This document shows positions 26,001-36,397 of a DNA stretch of 64,000 nt, piece by piece. Source of the DNA: Podarcis tiliguerta (lineage: Eukaryota). Made by a program: the position numbers and the translations under genes. Each line of letters starts with the position of its first letter. The stretch's first letter is position 1. Location: NCBI GenBank assembly GCA_965153285.1, contig OZ229110.1; one strand, written 5' to 3'. The notes under the pieces are model-generated. The model was not told the DNA's origin and searched no databases. It saw only the letters and a list, made by a program, of their open reading frames with translations.

Positions 26001-29000
26001 TCGCATTGACGGCTCCACACCCTCAGCTGAGCGCCAGTCCCTCTGCCAAGAGTTCCAGTTCTCTGACAAGCACTCTGTGGCTGTCCTCTCCTTAACGGCA
26101 GCTAACATGGGGCTCACCTTATCGTCCGCTGATTTGGTTGTGTTTGCAGAGCTGTTCTGGAACCCTGGGGTAAGACAGCTTGGATACTGCCTGGGGGTGC
26201 TCCTCCTGAAAAGATGCTGTTCAGAGTTCAAGATAAAACCATAAGAGGCTGTTTGTGAGGAAACTGGATTGTGTACTTTATGTGTTAAAGCACAATGACT
26301 TGGTAGCTATGGTTGTTAGACGGAACCTATAAAAATGAGTATCTGTCTGGTGGTGATACCTGTTTTGCGTATAGTATTTAATGCTACTGCTGATCACTTA
26401 GCTCCCACTACAAATAAACATTGCTGATAGCCTGCTTGATTTGGCTCTGTTGAACCAAAACAAACTCTTGCGGCCTAATGACTACAAAACTGTTCAGTCA
26501 ACTCTCCCTCCTGCTCCATTTCAGGTGTTTGCGTGGCTAAGGTTTCCCTTTAACAATTACACCTATTTATCATTTGTCAAGGGACGCGGGTGGCACTGTG
26601 GGTAAAAGCCTCAGCGCCTAGGGCTTGCCGATCGAAAGGTTGGCGGTTCGAATCCCCGTGGCGGGGTGCGCTCCCGTTGTTCGGTCCCAGCGCCTGCCAA
26701 CCTAGCAGTTCAAAAGCACTCCCGGGTGCAAGTAGATAAATAGGGACCGCTTACTAGCGGGAAGGTAAACGGCGTTTCCGTGTGCGGCTCTGGCTCGCCA
26801 GAGCGGCGATGTCACCCTGGCCACGTGACCCGGAAGTGTCTCCGGACAGCGCTGGCCCCCGGCCTCTTGAGTGAGATGGGCGCACAACCCTAGAGTCTGT
26901 CAAGACTGGCCCGTACGGGCAGGGGTACCTTTACCTTTACCTTTATCATTTGTCAAGTCCTCTACAATCTTTACTGAGCAACACCTAGTTAAAAAACGAT
27001 GACATGGATGCAGCTAAGCTCCAGTTAACTGGATTTAGTCATGACTAACCTTTTTGGGATTTTGCCGATTGGGTTACACCAAGCACTCTCACTTTGTTTG
27101 TACGACAGACTTCATCTGAACTCTCACCTTCCTCTGCTCTCCCTTCAGTGACCCCCCCCCCCCATCTCCCAATCTTCTCCTAAGGGTTGGGGGATCCTCA
27201 GGAGCAGGAGGGAGAGCAGAAGAAGTCCTTTTTGTATGTGTGTAACTCTGTGGGCGCTACTGTATGCAAGCCATTGTCCTTAAAGTCACAACTCATATGA
27301 GGTACACCACTCTTGCCCTTCTTCTGAAGATGGGTAACTGGGGGTGAGAGAGAGAGAGTGGCTTTCCCTTAGTCACTTGTGCATCTAGGGAAGAGGTTGA
27401 GCTTTAATTTGGGATTCCATTTTTACAGTCCAGCAGCCCCATCCCCAATTTTCTCCTCTCAAAATGAAGTTGGCAAGAATGCAGTAGAAGGCCTTTGCTC
27501 TAATAACCACATACTGAAATACACTGCAGTGCTTAGGTTAATGTCATGATCTGTACATTGTAAGTGCTCCATTGTCTCCCAAGACAGATGGGTGCCAGCA
27601 ACTTTGGTATCGTAACTGTAGTTTGGAATAAACTTTATACACTTTCAAACAGCACCTCTTTTGTGCTGTTTTAATGGAACATCCTGACTCATTTCATGGA
27701 GGATTAGGTTTGCAGTGGTTACTGGCCATGAGTGTTAGTGCACTCTTATCTAGGCATCTAGTTGACTACTGTGGGAACAGAATCCCATATGGGAATCTGG
27801 CCTGATTCTGCCGGGCTCTTCATTTGTTCTTACCATTGTGAAAATAGAAGTACACAAAGTGACAAGCTAGCCTATTTTGAGTCACCTTGTGAATGTTAGC
27901 TCCCTCTTGGATCCTCAATGTTTCCTTTTTGTAAAACGCTTTCTTTTCCGTCGTTCGTTCTTTACATTTTAATAATTCTTGTCAGCAAGGAGAGGGCCAT
28001 CTGCTCAGTGCCAAGCATAATGATTCATTGGTTTATTGTTAGGGGTTGTAGCAGCAGTAATTGCTCTCCTCTCTCTCTCTCTTTTTGTTTTCTAATTTGC
28101 ATATTTGGTTTTTAAATGCAGGTTTTGATCCAAGCAGAAGATCGGGCGCACCGAATTGGGCAAACAAATTCTGTGGATGTTCACTACTTGGTAGCAAAAG
28201 GCACAGCTGATGATTACTTGTGGTAGGAAGCTGGTTGTGCATGAGACTCTTATTCTCGGGGTCATGGGTAGGGCTGGACAATACCTGGTTTTCAACATTG
28301 CAAAATATCACCAGCTAAACATTGCAATATACTGATATATCACAGTGCCCGAAATAAGGAATGGAACTATTTAGAGGCATTGACCGGCTTCACGGTTTTC
28401 CCCACATTGTGATTTTTGTATAGTTCAAAACCACCCACCCACCATGATTTGTAATATATTGTCAGGTCAAAAATGAGGAAACTGATATCATGATATGGAG
28501 CTCAAAGTCATTGTGGATGACAGATCTATATATCACCCAGCCCTTGAGTTGGTTGAGTTGGGCAAAAGATTCCCGCATTGCTGGAGGTTGGACTAGGTGA
28601 CCCTCATGGTCACTTCCAACTCTACAATTCGATGATTCTGTTGGTCCTCCCCATCTCCCCCTTCCATGCTGTGGTTTATAACTTTGATCGTGAGAGGATG
28701 AAGGTCACCCAATTAGAACCCTTTGATTGCACTTGGGGTCCATGAGTAGTGAGCAGCCAAATGTTACGTCAGCACTGCTCAATGACTTTCCCCACAACCT
28801 GAGCATACTAGACTATTACAAAAGCACCTGGAGTCTGGAAGCGCTTTGCTCTTGCAATCAGAATCAGTTTTGGAAAATCAGTATCTTTCCTGTTTATCAC
28901 AAGTGTCATTCAAGTGCATGATGACTGGTACTTGATTGCTCCTTGGTTTTCAGCATTTTGCAAGGGTTTAAGTGAAGAAATGCAAGCCACCTCAGGTTAT

Positions 29001-32000
29001 TGCTCACTCTGAGCTTGCAGTGCGCTCAAGAGGGGGTTTTTGGGGTGAAGGATCTGAAGACCAGAGCCAAGTAGTCGGGTTGGGTCTACTCATGCTTAGC
29101 TGGCATCTTCCTTCTGTAACTTCTGTTACACCTCTCCAGCAGTCCGCATTCATGACTGAGAAGAAAAGTAGGATGAAGCCAGGAACGCCTATAGGCTTGG
29201 GAGGATTGTGTTACAAAGTGGAGGTGGGAAAATGGCCCACCGGCAGCAAGACAAGGCACATCATCAGATGTTTTGTACTCCCTGGAGCCCTGAATATCAG
29301 CTTTGCAAATAATTATACCCTTCCCTCAGAAGAAACTAGGAGATGACATATCGCCCACACATGAAAGAAAGCTAATGACAGTCATTTCCCCATTTCACTT
29401 GTAAATTTCTGTCCACAAAACGGTTAGTGCGAGAGTGGAAGAAAATGTGCTGTTTGCCAGGGTGGGGGTTGTTCCCCTGTCTCTTTCCACGAGGCTCCGT
29501 GAGAACACTTGGCTAGCGGAAAGTTTGTGTTGTCGTATGAAGTGTTGCCTTCCGTTGAAAAGAAGCGACGTTCTTTTTTATTATTATTATCTTGAGGCTG
29601 ATTTGCAGGACCGTATTTATTGCATAGCAATTGCAGCTGTCACAGATGAGCTGCTGTCTTATGTGAACATGGCGCTCGCCAGTGGGAGTGAGCGGCGGCA
29701 AACTTGCCGTATAGCAGGGCTCACTTGGGCTGATGGTGGCAGCTGGGTTTTTGATGGGCATCCCCTTAACCACAGTGATAATAAGCACTGGATTACTGTA
29801 ATGAGCTCTACATGGGGCTGCGTTTGAAAAGTGCTCAGAAATTTCATGTGGCTGGTTGACTGGGGCTGGTTATAGGAAGGTTATAGCGAGAGTGTGTCCA
29901 TGGACAGAAAAAGAAGGACCCCTTGCTCTGTGCAGAATGTTTAAATATTTTCATAACACTTTTACTTAAAAACTAATTATTTTCTTTTTAATTAGTTGCA
30001 CATTTTTCGTGTTTGTTTTGCTCCTTGTTGAATAGGCTGCAATCCTGTACAGTCAATGGGACTTACTCTTACACTTATAAGCTTGCACTGTTAATTGCTA
30101 GTCTCCCAACTTGGGGTCTTCTATCCACAGCAGGCCTTATGTTCTTCCCTTTCTGGGTCCCTTAGCTGTAAAATCTGTCCATCTTCCTTTCATTTACATC
30201 TTTGCACCATCTGGGTTTCACTGACTTTCATTTCTCCCGTATAGTCTGTTGCCTATCTTATGTGTTAACTTTTCACCCCCAGTCTCAGAAATTTTCACGG
30301 CTTTAGACTATAATAATTTAAAACTACCCACTGCCTTTTTGTTGTTGTTGTTCTAAGCATGTATTCATGTTTCTCTTCTCTGTTTCCAGTTCTCAGCCTG
30401 TGCATGTTCAAAAATTCAGACATACACACAGCGTATTTTCAGATAATGTTGTTCTTTCTTTCTGTCTCTAATCAGAAAACTTCTCAGGTTGCATTATCAT
30501 ACCACACCCTGATTTTCATGAAATTAGAGTTTCGGGAGCTGACTAAGTAGAACACAGACTTTGCTTGTATTCCTTACAAGAGGAGTAAATAATCCAGGAC
30601 CCTCCATTGTTGGACTACAATTCCCATGATCCCTCACTATTGGCCATGCTAGCTGGGACTGATGGAAGCTGGAGTCCAGCAACATCTGGAGGGTCCAGAG
30701 GTTCCTGATTCCTGCCTTACAGCCACTCTCTCCCCTTCAGATTGTTCACTGGGGTGGAGCTGAGTGTAAGTGAAGCTTAGTCACCTGGCACTGATGGTCA
30801 TCTGAAGACTTTGGCTGTGTATGCAGACCTCAACAGTTTCCCCAGTGTTGGCTTTCTAAATGGTGTGGGGGTTCATTCATTTTCAAAACAACATTTCCCT
30901 GCAGGATTCTCCCCCACCCCTCTCAGCAGGGATCCAGACTTGCCCTCTTGCTAAGCCCATGTTGGCAGCCAGCTTGTCTACACATGGGAATTAGTTTTTA
31001 ACTTTAGGGATATGCGCAGCTGTAGTAATATACCAAACTGCTATTTTTCCAGAGCTCTTGGTATTTTCTATAGGTGCAAGTTCACAATCCTCCTAGCCTA
31101 GAAGGGGAGATGTGTCTATATAGCGATGTTTTGAAACCACAGAGGCAGAGGATGGACTTTGCTGGGCAGCACAAATGCTTGTCTCTATTGTTCCTGAGAT
31201 CCCTGTTACTCCTTGGTGTTTCCCACATTCCTACACTTCCAAGCAAAATATCCCAAATTCATTGTGAAGGAATTGGTATTTTGGGGGGATGGGGGGGGGG
31301 CGTGGAATTTAAAATGCAGACCTTTGACATCTTCACATAGAAATCTGAGAAGACAGTATATAGGGAACTAGTGTGCAGCAAAGTAATGGGAAAAAATCCT
31401 CATCTGTGATGTCCTCTGCTTACTGGCTGAGTAGTTCAAGGCTTATAGTTAGTTTAGTGCTTTCACTAAGAAAGATGCTTGCTGGACTCTTCTTTGTAAT
31501 TGTAATGCCTGTATTCCCCACTAGGCCAATGATTCAAGAGAAGATCAGAGTCTTAGGAGAAGCTGGCCTGTCTGAAGCCAAGTTCTCTGAGACAGCCGAA
31601 GCTACAGATTACTTCTTCTACAAGGTAACTTTTAACATTAAACTAAGTTCCTGGAGGCGCTTAGTTTCTCTCCAAGGTGCATGGTCTTTTGTGCAATAAA
31701 GCTGGGGTAGGAAACATGAGTCCCTCCAGGTGGTGTTGGATTACAATTCCCATCATTCCTATTATCGATGCTGGCAGGTGCTGATAGGTGTTGTAGTCCA
31801 ACAGCATCTGGAGGGCCACAGATTCCCCACCCCTGCAATAAAAGAATAAAAAAGCAATTATTCAGGCATCTCCAAGCATGACTTATCATGTTCTGATTCC
31901 TTCTGTGGACAGCGATCATGCTTGAATCAAAGGCACCTATTGGATGGTGTCACTCACTGCAATGACTTTGATGGAGAAGCTTCATCCTTTGCTCTTGAGA

Positions 32001-32386
32001 GATCCTCCTCCTATTTCAGCGTGTCCCATTTCTCTTTACCACTCAAATAGCAGGGAGAGGAAGGAAGGCTGATGGTCCAGTCTGCATCTTATTAACTCAG
32101 GAAACGCCTCCATCTCTCCTCTATTGACTGTTTGTTGACTAGCAGAGCTCTTTTGCCTGCTTGCCAGTGATGTCCCTCTTTAATTTCCTAGCAGGACCAA
32201 AATCAGGAGACCATCTTAAACCTTTTCCAGAGGACCTTCTCGGAGGATGCAGATGATATGGATGAAGCCCTGCTTGTGGAAATGGTTGATGCATGTGAAG
32301 GTTCTGGACCACAGACTCCATCAAGTGAAACGGAATCAAGTCTGTGCAAGAAACGGCGTGTTGATGAATATTTTTGCAGACAGTAA
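483..32386 (+). CDS. SMARCAL1: SMARCAL1 annealing helicase (HARP), 5'-partial; 14 coding exons, about 660 aa in window
   Basis: Exons 483-743, 2265-2315, 5589-5772, 6731-6881, 10038-10196, 14831-14896, 18515-18655, 22340-22558, 23846-23916, 24528-24630, 25987-26169, 28122-28222, 31525-31624, 32195-32386 splice in frame (1982 nt, phase-1 start) with AG/GT ends. Motifs [29 protein letters not shown] and a HARP domain match vertebrate SMARCAL1. Confidence 0.98.
1541..1795. mobile_element. Tc1/mariner (pogo/Tigger-like) MITE
   Basis: TA-CAGTGGTACCTTGGT...ACCAAGGTACCACTG-TA terminal inverted repeats with TA duplication; same family as 60602-60846. Confidence 0.9.
2265..2315 (+). CDS. SMARCAL1: SMARCAL1 51-nt exon (HARP2)
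   Basis: ttacag|...CTAA|gtaag; [17 protein letters not shown]. Confidence 0.95.
4845..5197 (-). mobile_element. Sauria/Squam1-type tRNA-derived SINE
   Basis: (ACCTTT)n tail and GGTTCGAATCCC B-box on - strand; TSD TTTTGGTATA at 4835-4844 and 5201-5210. Confidence 0.9.
5589..5772 (+). CDS. SMARCAL1: SMARCAL1 exon: HARP2 end to ATPase start
   Basis: ttttag|...GTGAA|gtaagt; [15 protein letters not shown]...[16 protein letters not shown]. Confidence 0.96.
6731..6881 (+). CDS. SMARCAL1: SMARCAL1 exon: helicase motif I (Walker A)
   Basis: tttcag|...GAG|gtaatg; [50 protein letters not shown]. Confidence 0.98.
6957..7451 (-). mobile_element. tRNA-derived SINE (Squam3-like), interrupted by a second copy
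   Basis: (CTT)n tail at 6957, head GAGAGCCAGTG at 7451; split at its B-box around 7157/7400. Confidence 0.85.
7157..7403 (+). mobile_element. Nested SINE of the same family in opposite orientation
   Basis: GAGAGCCAGTGTAGTGCAGTGGTTAAGAGC head through ATCCAAACTCTTCTTCT tail. Confidence 0.88.
7997..8224 (+). mobile_element. CR1 LINE 3' end
   Basis: CR1 ORF2 end and 3'UTR (GGGTTGGACTCGATGACC...TTCCAACTC) with (ATTCTATG)n tail. Confidence 0.92.
8972..9150 (+). mobile_element. tRNA-headed SINE, diverged
   Basis: TAGCTCAGTGGCAGAGC A-box, GGTTCAATCCC B-box, non-tRNA body; related copy at 33785-33965 (-). Confidence 0.75.
10038..10196 (+). CDS. SMARCAL1: SMARCAL1 exon (ATPase lobe 1), GAG acceptor
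   Basis: cttgag|GCT...GTT|gtaagt; [12 protein letters not shown]...[22 protein letters not shown]; 159 nt keeps frame. Confidence 0.93.
12697..13222 (-). mobile_element. L2-type LINE 3' fragment interrupted by a MITE
   Basis: Encodes [31 protein letters not shown]; AT-rich tail; homologous to 40518-40748. Confidence 0.8.
12848..13071. mobile_element. Tc1/mariner MITE nested in L2 fragment
   Basis: TA-CAGTGGATCCTC...GAGGTATGACTG-TA. Confidence 0.85.
14831..14896 (+). CDS. SMARCAL1: SMARCAL1 exon: motif II (DESH)
   Basis: tttcag|GAT...AAG|gtgagc; [22 protein letters not shown]. Confidence 0.97.
17478..17706. mobile_element. Tc1/mariner MITE
   Basis: TA-CAGTGGTACCTCAGGTT...AACCCGAGGTACCACTG-TA. 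Confidence 0.9.
17729..17954. mobile_element. Second copy of the same MITE, inverted, missing one TIR
   Basis: Approximate reverse complement of 17478-17682; ends GAGGTACCACTG-TA. Confidence 0.85.
17965..18150 (-). mobile_element. Old MIR/CORE-like SINE fragment
   Basis: CORE-like ATTATTGTTATCTCTACATTGCAGAT...CTGAGGC...CCTAAGACCACCTAG. Confidence 0.5.
18515..18655 (+). CDS. SMARCAL1: SMARCAL1 exon: motif III (SGTP)
   Basis: ccccag|...CAG|gtaacg; [47 protein letters not shown]. Confidence 0.97.
19060..19850 (-). mobile_element. Degenerate L1/Tx1-clade ORF2 endonuclease fossil
   Basis: Frameshifted APE motifs in the expected order: [36 protein letters not shown]. Confidence 0.7.
19850..20008. 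repeat. (TACA)n and (TA)n microsatellites
   Basis: (TACA)n about 19850-19876; (TA)n about 19964-20008. Confidence 0.95.
21523..21642. mobile_element. hAT MITE of an abundant palindromic family (other copies near 2576, 6310, 6540, 14620, 30590, 31703, 33328, 37020, 38195, 52711, 61420)
   Basis: TIR CAGGCTTCCTCA/TGAGGAAGCCTG; perfect 8-bp TSD CTCTTATT; internal CTACAATTCCCA/TGGGAATTGTAG inverted pair. Confidence 0.85.
22340..22558 (+). CDS. SMARCAL1: SMARCAL1 exon
   Basis: actcag|...AGT|gtgagt; [42 protein letters not shown]... Confidence 0.97.
23846..23916 (+). CDS. SMARCAL1: SMARCAL1 71-nt exon
   Basis: ttgcag|...ATCAT|gtaagt; [23 protein letters not shown]. Confidence 0.95.
24528..24630 (+). 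CDS. SMARCAL1: SMARCAL1 exon: motif IV
   Basis: ctgtag|...AAG|gtaaat; [34 protein letters not shown]. Confidence 0.96.
25987..26169 (+). CDS. SMARCAL1: SMARCAL1 exon: motif V
   Basis: tttcag|...GGG|gtaaga; [17 protein letters not shown]...[28 protein letters not shown]. Confidence 0.97.
26581..26941 (+). mobile_element. Full-length Sauria/Squam1-type SINE
   Basis: GGGACGCGGGTGGC head, B-box GGTTCGAATCCC, (ACCTTT)n tail; 15-bp TSD TTTATCATTTGTCAA at 26566-26580 and 26942-26956; CpGs retained (young). Confidence 0.93.
28122..28222 (+). CDS. SMARCAL1: SMARCAL1 exon: motif VI
   Basis: atgcag|...TTGTG|gtagga; [34 protein letters not shown]. Confidence 0.97.
28567..28640 (+). mobile_element. Short CR1 3' tail
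   Basis: GGTTGGACTAGGTGACC...TTCCAACTCTACAATTCGATGATTC. Confidence 0.7.
31525..31624 (+). CDS. SMARCAL1: SMARCAL1 penultimate coding exon
   Basis: cactag|...AAG|gtaact; [33 protein letters not shown]. Confidence 0.95.
32195..32386 (+). CDS. SMARCAL1: SMARCAL1 last coding exon with TAA stop
   Basis: tagcag|GAC; [18 protein letters not shown]...[15 protein letters not shown]; resembles the human tail DPKQQKIYDLFQKSF...KKRR. Confidence 0.9.
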   Translation, partial: DQNQETILNLFQRTFSEDADDMDEALLVEMVDACEGSGPQTPSSETESSLCKKRRVDEYFCRQ

Positions 32387-32597
32387 ACTCAGAAAATGTT
32401 GCGCTTTTTTTGTTAACTAAGATTGTATTTAAAGGAGGGCAAAAAAGAATAATCAGTGAAAATTGCTTTGATTGTTAAAATAAATATCTATTTTTAAGAT
32501 GGGTTAGCCTGTTTGCTGATTTGAACAGCTTTAGCTGCCTTCTTTTTATTGCTTCTCTAGCTGGGAAATCAAGAATCTGTGGCTCTACCCCGACTCC

Positions 32598-32965
32598 AAT
32601 AAAATCTGCAGTGATACAGATGAGTTTTACTACTTGAATCTTTGCTGCAGCTCTGCGTTTAATACCTCTCCACAGGATTTCTTGAGAGATGGAATACTCC
32701 TCCTCATGCAGCAAATAAATCCTATTTGGCGAGTTTAGAGGCTTTCAACAATTCTATTCTCGTGGGACAGATTTAAATAATTAAGCAAGAAACTGCTAGA
32801 AAGAACTGTGGGATGCCTATTTTGAGGGCAGGCCTGTAAAATTCTATGAGAAAGGGAACACTTCTGGTTACATTTTCTAAAATAAATATTTGTTTGTTTG
32901 CACAGTGGTATTGAAAAAGAAGGCATGCTTTAATTGTTTGTTTTCCTTGAATCCGTTACAATAAA
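32598..32965 (+). terminator. Cluster of candidate SMARCAL1 polyadenylation signals
   Basis: AATAAA at 32598, 32714, 32881 and 32960 after the stop; which one is used cannot be told from sequence. Confidence 0.55.
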
Positions 32966-33000
32966 CTAGAACCAGATATAAGACTTGTTAGAGGTTCAGG

Positions 33001-33324
33001 GTGAGAAGGTCGGTGGTTCGAATCCATGTAACAGGGTAAGCTCCTGTTGCTCTGTTCCAGCTTCTGCCAACCTAGCAATTCGAAAGCACACCAGTGCAAG
33101 TAGATAAATAGGTACTGCTGTGGAGGGAAGGTAAACAGCTTTTCTGTGTGCTCTGGCTTCCGTCAGTATTCCGTTGCACCAGAAGTGGTTTAGTCATGCT
33201 GGCCACACCTCAGAAAGCTGTTTGTGGACAAATGCCAGCTCCCTCGGTCTGAAAGTGGGATGAGTGCCGCAACCCCAGTCACCTTTGACTGGACTTAACC
33301 GTCCAGGGGTCCTTTACCTTTACC
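33001..33324 (+). mobile_element. Diverged Sauria-type SINE
   Basis: GGTTCGAATCC, GTGCAAGTAGATAAATAGG core and CCTTTACCTTTACC tail. Confidence 0.8.
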
Positions 33325-33784
33325 TAAGGATGAGAAACCCATGGTCTTCCAGGAGTTGCTGGACTGCAGCTCCCATAATCCATGACCATTGGCTATGCTG
33401 GTTGGGGCTGATGGGAGCTGGAGTCCAACAACATCTGGAGTCCAGGAACATCTGGAGGGCCACAGGTTTTCCACCCTTGTCATAGATGGTGGGTAATTCC
33501 TTGTGGGGGGAAGAGACTTGGCAACCTTCAGATTCTATTCCAGGTAGGCAACAGGAAACCTGTAGAGCATACTTTGCTCTTCCACCCATCCTCTGTCCTT
33601 TAGCATCTTTGCTTTTACTCAAGCCCAGCAAGCCTTTTCTTACAAGCACCAAAGCACAAGTCCAGGCCACATCTATATAGGGGATGGGATTTGCTCACGC
33701 TTGGGTAAGGATGAAGCTTCTGCACTGACCAATTTGAATAGTGAGCCTATGTTGATTCCGTCCTTCCTGCATAACTTGGTTTAG

Positions 33785-33965
33785 AAAATAGGAATCTGCC
33801 TTATACAGAATCCAAGCACTGGTCTGCTTGGTGTATTGTCTACAACTGACTTGGCAGCAGCTAGGGTTTTGGCAGTTGTCTTTTCTTGCCCCACCTGGAG
33901 GTGGTGGGAATTGAACAGGAGACCTTTTTGCATGCAATTTATGTACCCTTCCACCAAGCTACCCT
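33785..33965 (-). mobile_element. tRNA-headed SINE, diverged (family of 8972-9150)
   Basis: Reverse-complement similarity to 8972-9150. Confidence 0.65.
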
Positions 33966-34127
33966 TGTTTACCATTCACTGAACTGAGTCAGCTACAGAA
34001 TCAGGTTGTCTACACAGGCAGGACTCAGTGGATCTATATTCAAGGGTTTTCTTTGTTTCCTCCAGGTGATTTCACTTTGATTGAAAGAAACAAAATTATA
34101 AAACATTTTGAAATTAACCTTTATTGT

Positions 34128-35074
34128 GTTTGTTGTTTAGTCGTTCAGTCGTGTCCGACTCTTCGTGACCCCATGGACCAGAGCACGCCAGGCACTCCTG
34201 TCTTCCACTGCCTCCCGCAGTTTGGTCAGACTCATGTTTGTAGCTTCGAGAACACTGTCTAACCATCTCGTCCTCTGTCGTCCCCTTCTCCTTGTGCCCT
34301 CCATCTTTCCCAACATCAGGGTCTTTTCCAGGGAGTCTTCTCTTCTCATGAGGTGGCCAAAGTATTGGAGCCTCAGCTTCAGGATCTGTCCTTCCAGTGA
34401 GCACTCAGGGCTGATTTCCTTAAGAATGGATGCGTTTGATCTTCTTGCAGTCCATGGGACTCTCAAGAGTCTCCTCCAGCACCATAATTCAAAAGCGTCA
34501 ATTCTTCGGCGATCAGCCTTCTTTATGGTCCAGCTCTCACTTCCATAAATCACTACAGGGAAAACCATAGCTTTTACTATACGGACCTTTGTTGGCAAGG
34601 TGATGTCTCTACTTTTTAAAATGCTGTCTAGGTTTGTCATTGCTTTCCTCCCAAGAAGCAGGTGTCTCTTAATTTCGTGGCTGCTGTCACCATCTGCAGT
34701 GATCATGGAGCCCAAGAAAGTAAAATCTCTCACTGCCTCCATTTCTTCCCCTTCTATTTGCCAGGAGGTGATGGGACCAGTGGCCATGATCTTCGTTTTT
34801 TTGATGTTGAGCTTCAGACCATATTTTGCGCTCTCCTCTTTCACCCTCAATAAAAGGCTCTTTAATTCCTCCTCACTTTCTGCCATCAAGGTTGTGTCAT
34901 CTGCATATCTGAGGTTGTTGATATTTCTTAGAGCAATCTTAATTCCGGCTAGGGATTCATCCAGCACAGCCTTTCGCATGATGAATTCTGCATATAAGTT
35001 AAATAAGCAGGGAGACAAAATACAGCCTTGTCGTACTCCTTTCCCAATTTTGAACTGATTGGTTCAAAATTGGG
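34128..35074 (-). mobile_element. BovB (RTE clade) LINE, 5'-truncated, reverse transcriptase C-terminal part
   Basis: Uninterrupted 293-aa ORF with NLRYADDTTL and the BovB C-terminus VHGVTKSRTRLND; (CAA)n-like tail; 12-bp TSD AACCTTTATTGT at 34116-34127 and 35075-35086. Confidence 0.95.
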
Positions 35075-35631
35075 AACCTTTATTGTATATGACTTTAATT
35101 CAAAACCTCATTCTCCCATAGAAGTAGTCCCATTTGCAGCTAATTTTCCAAGGCCCTTCTCTTTGTCCTCACCCCACCATCTGGTGTAGCTGTGGAGACA
35201 GGACCTTTTTGGTAATGGTGCTTGAATTGGGAAATTGCCTTCAATGGGAGAGTTCCTTGGCCCTTTCATTTATGCTTTTGGGTTAAGATTTGGGATTATA
35301 GCAGCTAATTAATAGTGAAACTGGCATAAAAGTGGAATTACACTCCATACAACCGGCTCTGGTTAGTATGATTGGAGCTGCATTTTGTGCCAGCTGACAT
35401 TTCTGGATATTCTTTGGAGGCAGCTCAATACAGCAGCCCAGTCTGGCTGTAACAAATCTGTGTGTGCATCACAACTGCATTTTCCTGCCAAAGCTGCCCA
35501 AAGGCATTCCTTTATACTAATGCTAGACTGCCCTGTGGATCCTTTAAGGCAGTCGTCTTCAGGAGCTACTTTTAACCCAAGCCTGCATATGGGCACCCAT
35601 TTTTTTTTAACCACCCTTTTTTTTAACCACA

Positions 35632-35843
35632 TACAGTGGTACCTCGGGTTACATACGTTTCAGGTTACAGACTCCACTAACCCAGAAATATTACCTCGGG
35701 TTAAGAACTTTGCCTCAGGATGGGAACAGAAATCATGCAGCAGCGGCGCAGCAGCAGCAGGAGGCCCCAATAGCTGAAGTGGTGTTTCAGGTAAGAACAG
35801 ACCTCCAGAACGAATTAAGTTCTTAACCCAAGGTACCACTGTA
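35632..35843. mobile_element. Tc1/mariner MITE (family of 17478)
   Basis: TA-CAGTGGTACCTCGGGTT...AACCCAAGGTACCACTG-TA. Confidence 0.9.
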
Positions 35844-36269
35844 TTTCTGTAGTAATGCTGTTGTGACCCGCCTTGCATCAGGCCATTACCTAGTGGTAAG
35901 TTCCGGGCCTGTACAGGGGCGAGGGCACCCTGGGTACGCTTGCCCTGGAGCTTGGAGGGTTAAGCGGACTGGAGGCCCCCCACCAGGGACCAGCTGCTTT
36001 TTTGTTTTTAGTTTGTAACTTTATTCTAACAAGACTCACGCCCAGACCCTCAGACAAGCTCTGCACGGACCAGGTAGCTCCTGACCCACCAGTTCAGGAC
36101 TGATGCTGCCATGCATGCACACGTATTAAAAATGAATATAGCACATTGCATTTTCATATTATTTAGTCATTGCCTTTTGACTCTGACCCTCCCCTAGTAC
36201 ACTGACTTATTTTCTATTATGCTTGGGTCACAATGCAAGATTAGTAGCCAAAGGGAGTTACTGTAAGTA

Positions 36270-36397
36270 AGTCCTTTAGAGTTGTCGCTTCTTCTAAGGC
36301 GGCTGCTACTCTCTATTCGAGGCAACAACTGAAAAGCTAAAGCGACGAGGAAGGCTTGACCATAGAGTCGAGGTACCTCCTGGCGCGCAGACAATCC
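36270..36397 (+). promoter_or_regulatory. Edge of probable RPL37A CpG-island promoter
   Basis: CpG density rises sharply just before the N gap; exon 1 is not found elsewhere. Confidence 0.55.

Noticed and set aside
34165-35058. Plus-strand ORFs of 127 and 152 aa over the BovB copy
   Set aside because: Antisense shadows of the RT frame with no independent coding evidence.
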